This document shows, piece by piece, positions 21,400-29,553 of a stretch of DNA of 44,933 nt. Where the stretch lies: contig JAWVGK010000391.1 of the NCBI GenBank assembly GCA_033855155.1, positions 1 through 44,933 on the forward strand, given 5' to 3'. A program made the translations under genes and the position numbers. The notes under the pieces are model-generated. The model saw only the letters and a program-made list of their open reading frames with translations, ran no database searches and was not told where the DNA came from. The stretch's first letter is position 1; each line of letters starts with the position of its first letter. This DNA is from Solirubrobacteraceae bacterium. GTDB taxonomy: Bacteria > Actinomycetota > Thermoleophilia > Solirubrobacterales > Solirubrobacteraceae.

Positions 21400-22251
21400 A
21401 TGGCGGCGATCGCGCTCGCGCTGGCGTCCTCCGTCCTGTGGGGGCTTGCCGACTTCCTCGGCGGCGTCAAGAGCCGCAGCTTCTCCGTGCCCGTCGTGCT
21501 GGCCTGCATGTACCTCACGTCGCTGACCGCGCTCGCCGTGTTCGTCGGGGCGCGCGGCGAGGGCCCGCCCGACGCGGATGCGGTCGCCGCCGGGTTGGTA
21601 TCGGGCATCTGCGGGATCGGCGCGCTGATCGCGTTCTACCGCGCCCTGGCGATCGGCACGATGAGCATCGTGGCCCCGATCGCCTCGACCGGCGTCGCGC
21701 TGCCGGTGATCGTCGGCCTGGCGACCGGCGACGACCCCGGGCTTGCGCGCTCGCTCGGGCTGGCGGCCGCTATCGCCGGGATCCTGCTCGCCTCGCGCGA
21801 GGCCACCGACCTGCCCGGCGAGCGGCGCCTGCAACGCCAGAGCGTGCTCCTCGCGATCGTCGCCGGCCTCGGAATCGGGACGTACCTCGTGCTCTCCGAG
21901 GTCTCCGCGCGCGGGGATGTCGGCTGGGCGCTGCTGCTGTCGCGGGTCGCCGCGACGCCGTTCGTCGTCGTGTTCGCGGTGCTCGCGCTGCGTCGCGGCG
22001 CGCGGCGCCCGGCGCCGCGCGCGCTGCTGGCGATAGCCGGCATCGGCCTGCTCGACCTCGCCGCGAACGCCTTCTACAACGTCTCGACGACGATCGGTGA
22101 GCTGTCGACGGTCGCCGTCGCGAGCTCCCTGTATCCCGTCACGACCGTGCTGCTGGCCGCCGCGCTGCTCGGCGAGCGCGTGCGCGGCACGCAGCGCCTC
22201 GGGGTCGTGCTCGCGCTGTGCGGCGTCGTGCTGATCTCGGCCGGGGCGTAG
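21400..22251 (+). CDS. EamA/DMT-family transporter
   Basis: Begins MAAIALALASSVLWGLADFLGG and has a multi-TM profile. The ATG at 21400 follows GAAGGAGG. It sits inside the artefactual 1091-aa track ORF. Confidence 0.85.
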   Translation: MAAIALALASSVLWGLADFLGGVKSRSFSVPVVLACMYLTSLTALAVFVGARGEGPPDADAVAAGLVSGICGIGALIAFYRALAIGTMSIVAPIASTGVALPVIVGLATGDDPGLARSLGLAAAIAGILLASREATDLPGERRLQRQSVLLAIVAGLGIGTYLVLSEVSARGDVGWALLLSRVAATPFVVVFAVLALRRGARRPAPRALLAIAGIGLLDLAANAFYNVSTTIGELSTVAVASSLYPVTTVLLAAALLGERVRGTQRLGVVLALCGVVLISAGA

Positions 22252-22412
22252 CGTGGCGGTGGCCGACGCCCGTGCGGGCACGGTCGACGCCGGGCTGGTC
22301 GGCGCGTGCGCGAGCTGCCTCGCGGCGAGCGCCGCGGCGCTGGCGGCCGCGCGGCTGTGGGCGCGGCGCAGCGGCTGAGTCGTCCCGGCGGACCTGTCAG
22401 CCTTCGCTCGCG

Positions 22413-23315
22413 ATGCTCCCGCTCGCAGCGATCGTGCACGTGGCACCGCTTCAGGTCGCACCGGCGATCGCCTTCGGCGCGCTCTACGCCGTGCGCGCGC
22501 GGACGCTCGCCGGGCAGGGGCGTCCGGTTGCACAAGCGCGGCAGTGGTGCTGGTACGGCGGCATGGCGATCCTCGTCGTCGCGCTGATCTCGCCGCTCGG
22601 CGCGCTCGCCGACGACCTCTTCTACGCGCACATGGCCGAGCACCTGCTGATCGCCGACGTCGGCGCGCTGCTGCTGGTGCTCGGCCTCACCGGCCCGCTG
22701 CTGGCGCCGCTGCTGCGCGCGCCGGGGCTCGGCTGGATGCGCGCGCTCGCACATCCCGTGCCGGCGTTCGGTCTGTGGGCGGGCGACCTGCTGTTCTGGC
22801 ACCTCGTCGGGCCGCACGAGGCGGCGGTGCGCCACGACGCGGTGCACGCGATCCAGCACATGCTGTTCGTCGGACTGGGGATCAACATGTGGATGGCGCT
22901 GCTGGGCCCGCTGCCAAAGCCGTCGTGGTTCGGCAACGCCGCGAAGCTCGGCTACATCGTCGCCGTGCGCCTGACGACGACCGTGCTCGCCAACGTCTTC
23001 GTCTGGACCGGCCACGCGTTCTTCGGCGTCTACGCGCCGGGCGAGCGCGCGCACGGCATCTCGCCGGCGTCCGACCAGGTCGTCGCCGGCTCGATCATGA
23101 TGGTCGAGGGCTCGATCCTCACCCTGTGCCTGTTCTGCTGGCTGTTCCTGCGCAGCGCGCGCGAGGGCCAGGAGCGCCAGGAGCTGCTCGAGCTGGCGGC
23201 GGCCGGCGGCGTCGCGCTCGACGCGCGCCGCGCCGCGCGCGCGGTCGCGGCCGGGCGCGGCGGCGAGCTGCGGCGTCGCATCGAGGACGAGCGGTCGAGG
23301 CGGGTCAGTGGGTAA
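22413..23315 (+). CDS. Cytochrome c oxidase assembly factor CtaG-like membrane protein (Caa3_CtaG family)
   Basis: YAHMAEHLLIADVGALLLVLGLTGPLLAP, HAIQHMLFVGLGINMW, and a multi-TM profile. I chose the ATG at 22413. Confidence 0.8.
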   Translation: MLPLAAIVHVAPLQVAPAIAFGALYAVRARTLAGQGRPVAQARQWCWYGGMAILVVALISPLGALADDLFYAHMAEHLLIADVGALLLVLGLTGPLLAPLLRAPGLGWMRALAHPVPAFGLWAGDLLFWHLVGPHEAAVRHDAVHAIQHMLFVGLGINMWMALLGPLPKPSWFGNAAKLGYIVAVRLTTTVLANVFVWTGHAFFGVYAPGERAHGISPASDQVVAGSIMMVEGSILTLCLFCWLFLRSAREGQERQELLELAAAGGVALDARRAARAVAAGRGGELRRRIEDERSRRVSG

Positions 23316-23325
23316 TGTCATCGCC

Positions 23326-23544
23326 ATGTCCACCCTCATGCAGAAGCTGACCGAGCTCGCCCACTCCCCGCAGGGCAAGAAGCTCGTCGACAAGGCACAG
23401 CAGTTCGCCAACGACCCGAAGACCAAGCAGCAGGTCGAGAAGGCGAAGACCAAGCTCGCCGAGATGCGCTCCGGTGGCAGCACCGGCACCGGCACCGGCG
23501 GGGCGCCGACCGATCCGCACGACGGACCGCCGAAGGCGGCCTGA
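23326..23544 (+). CDS. Small Lys/Gln-rich helical hypothetical protein
   Basis: Sequence MSTLMQKLTELAHSPQGKKLVDKAQQFANDPKTKQQVEKAKTKLAEM. Third-position G+C is good. No recognisable family. Confidence 0.5.
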   Translation: MSTLMQKLTELAHSPQGKKLVDKAQQFANDPKTKQQVEKAKTKLAEMRSGGSTGTGTGGAPTDPHDGPPKAA

Positions 23545-23550
23545 ACGAGC

Positions 23551-24528
23551 TCAGCCGCGCCCGCTCGCGAGCGTCAGCTCGCGAGCGCGCTCGGCAAGCT
23601 CGACGACGCCGGAGCCGAAGCTGCGCACCCACGGGTCGTCGGTGCTGCCGGCGAGCGCGCGGCGCAGGTTGCCCTCCATGAAGATCGCCGCCTTCCACAG
23701 CGCGAGCGTGCGATACCAGCCGATGTCCGTCACCGACCGCCCGCTGGCGGCCTCGTAGCGCGCGACGAGTTGCTCGCGGGTGGGGAACCCCTCGCCGCGC
23801 GTGACGTCCGACAGCGCGAACATGCCCAGCGGCGGGTCGTCGCACTGCACCCACAGCGCGCACAGGTAGCCGACGTCGGCCAGCGGGTCGCCGACGGTCG
23901 CCATCTCCCAGTCGAGGATCGCGGCCAGCCGCACCGGCGCGCCGGGCGCGAAGATCGCGTTGCCGAGGCGGTAGTCGCCGTGCACGATCGTCGCCGGGCT
24001 CGAGCGCGGCAGGCGCTCGCGCAGCCACGCGCCGACCTGCTCGATCGCCGGGACGTCGCGCGTGCGGTGGTGCTCCCAGAGCCCGCCGAAGCGCCGCAGC
24101 TGGCGCTCGAGGTAGCCGCCGGGATCGCGCGAGAAGCCGTCCAGGCCGCACGCGCGCCAGTCGACCGCGTGGATCTCGACGAGCGCGTCGACGAGCTCCT
24201 CGGCGCAGCGTGCTCGCTGCGCCGGCGTGTCGAGCGCGGCCGGCAGCGCCGCCGTCACGACGTCGCCCGCGACGCGCTCCATGACGTAGAACGGCGCGCC
24301 GACGACCGCTTCGTCGGCGCAGACCGCGAGCACGCGCGGCACGCGCGCCTGCGTGCCCGCGAGCGCGCGCAGCAGGCGCGCCTCGCGCAGGACGTCGTGC
24401 GTGCTCGGCGCCAGCGGCCCGCGCGGCGGGCGGCGCAGCACGAGCTCGCAGCCGCCGGGGCGCCGCACGAGGTACGTGACGTTCGAGTGGCCCTCGCCGA
24501 GCCGGCTCCGACGCTCCGACCTGTCCAC
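23551..24528 (-). CDS. APH-family phosphotransferase (acyl-CoA-dehydrogenase-associated kinase type), probably 5'-clipped
   Basis: GEGHSNVTYLV...VLRRPPRGPL, PFYVMERVAG, VHGDYRLGNAIF, and ILDWEMATVGDPLADV. Only 12 residues precede the GxxSNxTY block, and the GTG start abuts the junction at ~24530. Confidence 0.85.
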   Translation of the reverse strand: MDRSERRSRLGEGHSNVTYLVRRPGGCELVLRRPPRGPLAPSTHDVLREARLLRALAGTQARVPRVLAVCADEAVVGAPFYVMERVAGDVVTAALPAALDTPAQRARCAEELVDALVEIHAVDWRACGLDGFSRDPGGYLERQLRRFGGLWEHHRTRDVPAIEQVGAWLRERLPRSSPATIVHGDYRLGNAIFAPGAPVRLAAILDWEMATVGDPLADVGYLCALWVQCDDPPLGMFALSDVTRGEGFPTREQLVARYEAASGRSVTDIGWYRTLALWKAAIFMEGNLRRALAGSTDDPWVRSFGSGVVELAERARELTLASGRG

Positions 24529-24529
24529 G

Positions 24530-24818
24530 TACGCCGGTGCCCGATGCGGTCGTAGGTAGGGACGCGAACGCGCGCTCCTGCAAGCGCCGCGTCCAGCGTA
24601 GCCATCAAGAGGTCACTATCTAGGCTAGCGATGCTGTCGAAGTTCACACTTCCAAGCTCGTCAGCCGCCAGGTGGGAGCGGTCGGGGTAGTAGTCGTCCA
24701 TGCACAGAACTGTGGCCGCGCCCCGGAACCCCGCGGCGACCTCGGCGGCGAGACGCGACTTGCCAGCGCAGGTGCCACCCGCAATCGCGAGGCACACCGG
24801 GGCGCGCCGGCGACTCAT
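24530..24818 (-). pseudogene. Uridine/cytidine-kinase (Udk/PRK family) gene truncated after about 95 codons
   Basis: APVCLAIAGGTCAGKSRLAA...VLCMDDYYPDRSHLAADELGSVNFDSIASLDSDLLMATLDAALAGARVRVPTYDRIGHRR aligns block-for-block with the N-terminal half of Udk. After HRR the frame reads out-of-frame through the APH gene as Arg/Ala/Ser junk, down to 24255. Confidence 0.65.
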
Positions 24819-25846
24819 CCGACTGAGACAGCCGCGGCTGAATTGCGCGCCCGTGTCAGGATCAGGTCCCCACCATCGGTCTCATCGTCCATCACGTTCT
24901 GTACCTCTTGCAGAAGGTCAGAGCATCGAGAATCCGAGAGGCGCGGATCGAAACAAGCGATCGACGTTCCCCAGCTGCTCATTCCCGCCCCTGCGACGCC
25001 GAGCTCTGACCGGAGCCTCCTTAGAATACGTCCGATTCCGACTACCTGAGCATCGATCTCGAATGCTTTCCAGCAATGGTCTTGCACGTCCCACAGACTA
25101 CGACCAAAAGCCGAGAGGTTGCACTCTGCGACCGCGGGCAGCAGCCGCATAAGCAGGAGGTGCGTGAGGGACCGGACGTCGTCAAGGGGCACCGGGCATA
25201 CTTCCGCGAAAAGGCTTGCCTCAAGCGGCCCGTGGATCTCCCTGCCGTGCGGCGTCAGGAGGAGTATCGGCCAGGCTGGAAATCTCATCCGCGACAGCAA
25301 TGGTGGGATTCGCATCGTTGTAGAGAACGCGGACGGACGGTAGCCTGCGTCTGTCTGGTTCTTATCAGCAAAACTATGACCGCCATCCACAATAAGACCG
25401 CCGCGCTCAAATCCGTACATGCCAATTCCAGATGTTCCACCGCGTGCCGTGACGCGCCCAAGCGACTCAAGATCGAGATGCTTGTCGTAGACGGCGGTCG
25501 CTGCGGTAGCAACCGCAAGAAGGGTCTGGGTCTTGGCGCCGAGACCCGTATGGGGCATCGGGCAGGTGTCGATTCGCACCGCCCAGTCGCCTGTGTCGGT
25601 GACGTCACGAACGCGGTCCAGAACCTCGTGGACCTGGGGCTCAAACGCAGCTATCTGTGAGGTCGCCACCAATGACGACCATTGCACGTCGCGCGTAGGC
25701 GCCGCGGTGGCGGCCACTCTAACGGCAGGGTCCTCCAGCATGAATCCCACACCGCCATCGACGCGGTTGGACACAGTCCCGTGCATATCAATCAACGTAA
25801 TGTGAAACCGCGCACCACCCGTGACGGTAACGGTCTTGTTAGTCAT
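24815..25846 (-). CDS. Beta-ribofuranosylaminobenzene-5'-phosphate (beta-RFAP) synthase-like GHMP-family enzyme
   Basis: GGARFHITLIDMHGTVSNRVDGGVGFMLEDPAVRV, PHTGLGAKTQTLLAVATA, and ARGGTSGIGMYGFERGGLIVDGGH. The ATG at 25844-25846 follows GGAGGA. Its stop overlaps the Udk-like ATG as ATGA. Confidence 0.8.
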   Translation of the reverse strand: MTNKTVTVTGGARFHITLIDMHGTVSNRVDGGVGFMLEDPAVRVAATAAPTRDVQWSSLVATSQIAAFEPQVHEVLDRVRDVTDTGDWAVRIDTCPMPHTGLGAKTQTLLAVATAATAVYDKHLDLESLGRVTARGGTSGIGMYGFERGGLIVDGGHSFADKNQTDAGYRPSAFSTTMRIPPLLSRMRFPAWPILLLTPHGREIHGPLEASLFAEVCPVPLDDVRSLTHLLLMRLLPAVAECNLSAFGRSLWDVQDHCWKAFEIDAQVVGIGRILRRLRSELGVAGAGMSSWGTSIACFDPRLSDSRCSDLLQEVQNVMDDETDGGDLILTRARNSAAAVSVG

Positions 25847-25877
25847 GCTCCTCCATACGCCAAGCGCCCAGGGCGGC

Positions 25878-26909
25878 CTACGGGACACTTGTGTTGGTAG
25901 CGGGCGCCAGTGTAGTCGACGGCGACGGTGCCGAGGACGAATCGTCGAGCCGCGCCGTGATGAACGCGCCCACGGCCCCGCCACCGAGAGCCGTGGCGAT
26001 CGTCACGAGCAAGAGGACCCAGTATCGGCGGCTCTCCCGCAACGAGGACTGCCTGGCATCGGACTCCCGCCTGTATTTCGCCTCCGCGTCTTTGAACGCG
26101 CTCTCGAGCTCCTTGACATCCTCCTCGATCTCCGCCACTTGTCGCGTCATCCGCCCCGCCTCTGCGCGCACCTCTTCCATCGCGGTGCGAACCGACGTGG
26201 CGTCGGATACCAACTCCGAAACGCGGGCCGGGAGCGACGGCTGATCGTCAAGCCCGGCTGAGAGCAAGCGCCGATGCTCCGCCAGATGTGCGGTGATAAC
26301 GTCGAATGGTGGGCCAAGCTCCGGTAGCTCATCGAGCTGCTTTGAGGTGGTCGTCGCGCCGGGTCGCCACGTCGGGTAGAGATGTACGTCGGGCCAGACG
26401 CTCGGTGGCTCCTCAGGTCCCGATTGCGAGTATGCCGGGGTCTCCTCCCACGCTTCGGGCAGCTCGTTGCGGGCCAACTCCAGCACGAGGAGTTTGGCGA
26501 TTCGCTCCTGGCCGACCCGAAACGGTTGCGACGGGAAGTTCCGGAGGTTCTCGAGGGTCAGGGTCGTCGTGTGCTGGAAGCCCGGATCGATTGCCGTAGC
26601 TGGATGCGATACACCGCCCGCAAGCAGTCTCGCGCCGGCGATAATCAGGCCCCAGTAGATCGGCGCGCCTTTCGCATCAGCTAAGCAGAACTTCTCATTG
26701 ATTTCGACATTTACCACCTCCCCGGGACCAAGCCTCAGTAGTCCATCGACTTCTCGATAAGTGGCCTCCCCGGCAGACACCGACTGCACGTGGCTTCCTA
26801 AGGTGAGATGATAAAACAAACCGTCGCAGTTCTGGCGACGAAAGTTGGCACGGATCACGAGGCCCTTGCCTGCTAGTTCCTCAATCTCGGCCGCGTTCAC
26901 AATCCGCAT
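25878..26909 (-). CDS. dCTP-deaminase/dUTPase-fold (Dcd-like) domain protein with a coiled coil and C-terminal TM anchor
   Basis: The N-terminal ~165 aa align with E. coli Dcd: MRIVNAAEIEEL, YHLTLG, LGPGEVVNVEINE, ATAIDPGFQHTTTLTLENLRN, and VGQERIAKLLV. A charged heptad-like stretch follows (MEEVRAEAGRMTRQVAEIEEDVKELESAFKDAEAKYRRE). The TM helix YWVLLLVTIATALGGGAVGAFITA lies at 25953-26024. The ATG at 26909 follows GGAGGGA. Confidence 0.7.
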   Translation of the reverse strand: MRIVNAAEIEELAGKGLVIRANFRRQNCDGLFYHLTLGSHVQSVSAGEATYREVDGLLRLGPGEVVNVEINEKFCLADAKGAPIYWGLIIAGARLLAGGVSHPATAIDPGFQHTTTLTLENLRNFPSQPFRVGQERIAKLLVLELARNELPEAWEETPAYSQSGPEEPPSVWPDVHLYPTWRPGATTTSKQLDELPELGPPFDVITAHLAEHRRLLSAGLDDQPSLPARVSELVSDATSVRTAMEEVRAEAGRMTRQVAEIEEDVKELESAFKDAEAKYRRESDARQSSLRESRRYWVLLLVTIATALGGGAVGAFITARLDDSSSAPSPSTTLAPATNTSVP

Positions 26910-29101
26910 GGTCTTTCCCTCCAAGTAGCCGTGGTAGCGCCGTCGCCGACGGCGGCGCTTGGCGTCTCGCCAGTGCGGTTCGACTTCAACCGCCAAGCGT
27001 GGAGTGGATGAAGCGATGCGCCCACGGGGCAATCGCCACCCGTCGCTTGCCAAGCGTTGAAGATGGCACTCGCGGTGGCGATCGCGGCCGGCTCCCCAAG
27101 TCCGGGGGTCGTCGCAATGTCGCGCTCGTCCCCAAGCAGCTCGACTTGAATAGCGGGGAGTGCGGAACTGCGAAGGAAAGTCACCGCCTGCGCCGCGTCG
27201 GCGCCGCCAACCAGCGCTGCGCTCGCAGCCATCGCGGCACCCCCATGGACCTGCGCTTCCGCTGCCTTGTGGTCGACGATGAGTCCGAGGTCGTGGACGG
27301 CCACCACGGCCTCGAGCGTGATCCCACCGGTTTGTCGGTCGACTTGAATTCTTACTACGTGGCCGCCGGCCGCATACACGGGATAGTGGATGCCGAGTTC
27401 CTCGGAGATCTCAGGGTCGTAACGTCCCATCCCGCCAAGGTCGCGCCCAAGCAAATCGCGTATCTGGTCAAGTGTTAGTACGTCGCGCCGTCCTGATGAG
27501 CCGCATAGCAATGTACCGGATGGCGTCCACTCAACCTCGTCCCAGGCACCGGCTACCCTGACCGCCTTCGCGGCACCATCCAGCAGGTCGCGGATGGCAC
27601 GCACAACAGCGTTGCCGACGAAATGGACCGTCCGACTGGCAGACGTCTTCCCTGAATCCGGCAAACTAGTGGTATCACCACGGACCAGCTCGATGTCGCG
27701 CAACCCGATTCGGAACTCCCTCGCACAAATCGCGCGGAGAGCCTTGTGGCTTCCCTGGCCCATGTCGGACGTACTCGTGTACAGCCTCACCCGACCATGA
27801 CCAACGTATTCGACGCGCGCGGCGGCTGGGTTCCGCTGACCGGTGTTGCCAATGCCGTACAGAAATAACGCAAGCCCGACGGCAGACGTCGCATCCCGTG
27901 TCTCTCGAGTGGCATCCGCCAGGAGGCGGTCGCGCGCCTCGGCGCACCGCTCCAGAGACCGCGCGATCTCAAGCGACGGTCCAACCGTCTGACCATTGCC
28001 AAGCTTCTGTCCTGGTCTTGCAACGTTACATCTTCTGAGCTTAATCGGATCTATTCCTGTTTGTCGCGCGAGCCTCTCGATGCTGTCCTCCAGCATCACC
28101 GTCAGGGGCCCGACACCAAAACCGCGGAACGCAGACGCAGGGCGGTCGTTGGTCCAGACCAAGGTGCCCTCGGCATATACGCTCCGTACGTGGTATGGGC
28201 CGGCAGCGTGCGCGAGGATGCGACGAAGCACTCCGCCACCATAGGAAGAGTATGCGCCCGCATCGACGCGGGTCGACAATCGCAACGCGACCAGCCGCCC
28301 ATCCGGGTCGCACCCGAGCACGAGATCAGCTCCGATGCCATTGCTGTGCGGCCCAAACATACGATGCTCCGTAGGAGTTATCGCGATAGAGACGCTACTG
28401 CGGAGCACGAACGCGGCAAGGGCGGCGAGGCAAGGAAGCAGGGGATCCAGTAGTCCTCCGAACGAGCCCCCGGAGGGACCCCCGCGTATGGTCACCGCGT
28501 CCGGCTCACAAGCGAGCATGTCAGCGACCTGGTGACGCAGTTCAAACGGCGCGTGACACGCGGTCCACACCACCAGGTGGTCTCCTTTCCACGCGGAGAC
28601 ACACGAGTCCGGTCGCAAGTATGCGTGTCGCACGGGGGGGAAGTGATACCGCCCGCTAACCCAGTGCGCGGCAGATGCCATCGCCTCAGCAGTGGCACGA
28701 GAATTCCCTAGAGACTGCCGCGCCAGTGTGTGCGACTCCAGGTAGTCGCCACCCAGATCTTCCATCAGGACAGGGCGGTATGCGGCGGGCGCGGCGGTCG
28801 TGGCAACGCGCAGATCGCGGCGCGCCGACTGATCGGAAGATCCGTGTGGCACGGCCAGCAGTGCGAGAACCTGACCGCGATAGCGAATCTCGTGTCGTGG
28901 GAGCACGACCTCATCACGAGCAAGGGGCCCGATGAATCCCTCCCCGGGGATATCTCTCGCGGTGATCAAACGTGCGAGCGGCCGCGAATTGCCGAGCGTG
29001 AGCGATTCGAGGCGTCCCGCGGCAACATCGCTCCGCACCGGTATCACCGTCCATTTGGGGCGCGGCGGACACGTCTCCCCATCGACGTCAGCTGACGCCA
29101 C
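26897..29101 (-). CDS. Xanthine-dehydrogenase/aldehyde-oxidase-family molybdopterin-binding large subunit homologue
   Basis: 734 aa with a GTG start. Hammerhead-like N-terminus: ARLITARDIPGEGFIGPLARDEVVLPRHEIRYRGQVLALLAV. Also FRGFGVGPLTVMLEDSIERLARQTGIDPIKLRRCN, SDMGQGSHKAL, and C-terminal PGLGEPAAIATASAIFNA, which retains the Glu position. Confidence 0.85.
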   Translation of the reverse strand: MASADVDGETCPPRPKWTVIPVRSDVAAGRLESLTLGNSRPLARLITARDIPGEGFIGPLARDEVVLPRHEIRYRGQVLALLAVPHGSSDQSARRDLRVATTAAPAAYRPVLMEDLGGDYLESHTLARQSLGNSRATAEAMASAAHWVSGRYHFPPVRHAYLRPDSCVSAWKGDHLVVWTACHAPFELRHQVADMLACEPDAVTIRGGPSGGSFGGLLDPLLPCLAALAAFVLRSSVSIAITPTEHRMFGPHSNGIGADLVLGCDPDGRLVALRLSTRVDAGAYSSYGGGVLRRILAHAAGPYHVRSVYAEGTLVWTNDRPASAFRGFGVGPLTVMLEDSIERLARQTGIDPIKLRRCNVARPGQKLGNGQTVGPSLEIARSLERCAEARDRLLADATRETRDATSAVGLALFLYGIGNTGQRNPAAARVEYVGHGRVRLYTSTSDMGQGSHKALRAICAREFRIGLRDIELVRGDTTSLPDSGKTSASRTVHFVGNAVVRAIRDLLDGAAKAVRVAGAWDEVEWTPSGTLLCGSSGRRDVLTLDQIRDLLGRDLGGMGRYDPEISEELGIHYPVYAAGGHVVRIQVDRQTGGITLEAVVAVHDLGLIVDHKAAEAQVHGGAAMAASAALVGGADAAQAVTFLRSSALPAIQVELLGDERDIATTPGLGEPAAIATASAIFNAWQATGGDCPVGASLHPLHAWRLKSNRTGETPSAAVGDGATTATWRERPCGL

Positions 29102-29103
29102 AG

Positions 29104-29529
29104 CTAGGCGTTGTAGACGCGACCCGCGCGGTGGCTCTGGATCGCGAGGTCAACCGCGCCAAAGAGGGGGCTGGGAAGAGCGTCGAACCGGTACCAATCC
29201 CAATTCTCCACGCGGTCAGGCTCCGTGATACGCGGACTGCCGTCAAAGTCGGTGCACACGAACTCGACATCGACGTAATGCTTGCCGTAGCCAAGGAGGT
29301 TGCTGACACATAAGAACTTGAGCTCGCCCGCGGCAATCCCGGTCTCCTCCAGCACTTCACGACGGGCTGCTTCTTCGAGCGTCTCGCCAAACTCGACGTG
29401 TCCGCCGCACCAGCCGTAGGTAGACACCCCGTGAGCCCCTCGCCGCTTTCCGAGGAGCACTAGTCCAGCCGAGTCCAGCAACATCACGCCTACACCAACC
29501 TTTGGGCGTTCGCCTTCTGCTGTCTTCAT
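29104..29529 (-). CDS. Nudix hydrolase
   Basis: Nudix box GGHVEFGETLEEAARREVLEETG at 29338-29406. The stop lies 2 nt before the next gene's start. Confidence 0.9.
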   Translation of the reverse strand: MKTAEGERPKVGVGVMLLDSAGLVLLGKRRGAHGVSTYGWCGGHVEFGETLEEAARREVLEETGIAAGELKFLCVSNLLGYGKHYVDVEFVCTDFDGSPRITEPDRVENWDWYRFDALPSPLFGAVDLAIQSHRAGRVYNA

Positions 29530-29553
29530 GTGGTCGTCCCTTGCTCGTTAGCG

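Noticed and set aside
18644-22533. Giant ORFs 18644..21337 (-, 897 aa) and 18976..22251 (+, 1091 aa), and the 766-aa form of 20233..22533 (-).
   Set aside because: Only sub-segments are real: the amidinotransferase at 20233..21330 and the EamA transporter at 21400..22251. The remainder is low-complexity read-through opposite the aldehyde dehydrogenase and transporter genes.
24255-24529. C-terminal ~95 aa of track ORF 24255..24818.
   Set aside because: After the Udk-like HRR block the translation becomes Arg/Ala/Ser/Cys junk. It is simply the APH gene read in the wrong frame. I treated it as the tail of a truncated pseudogene.
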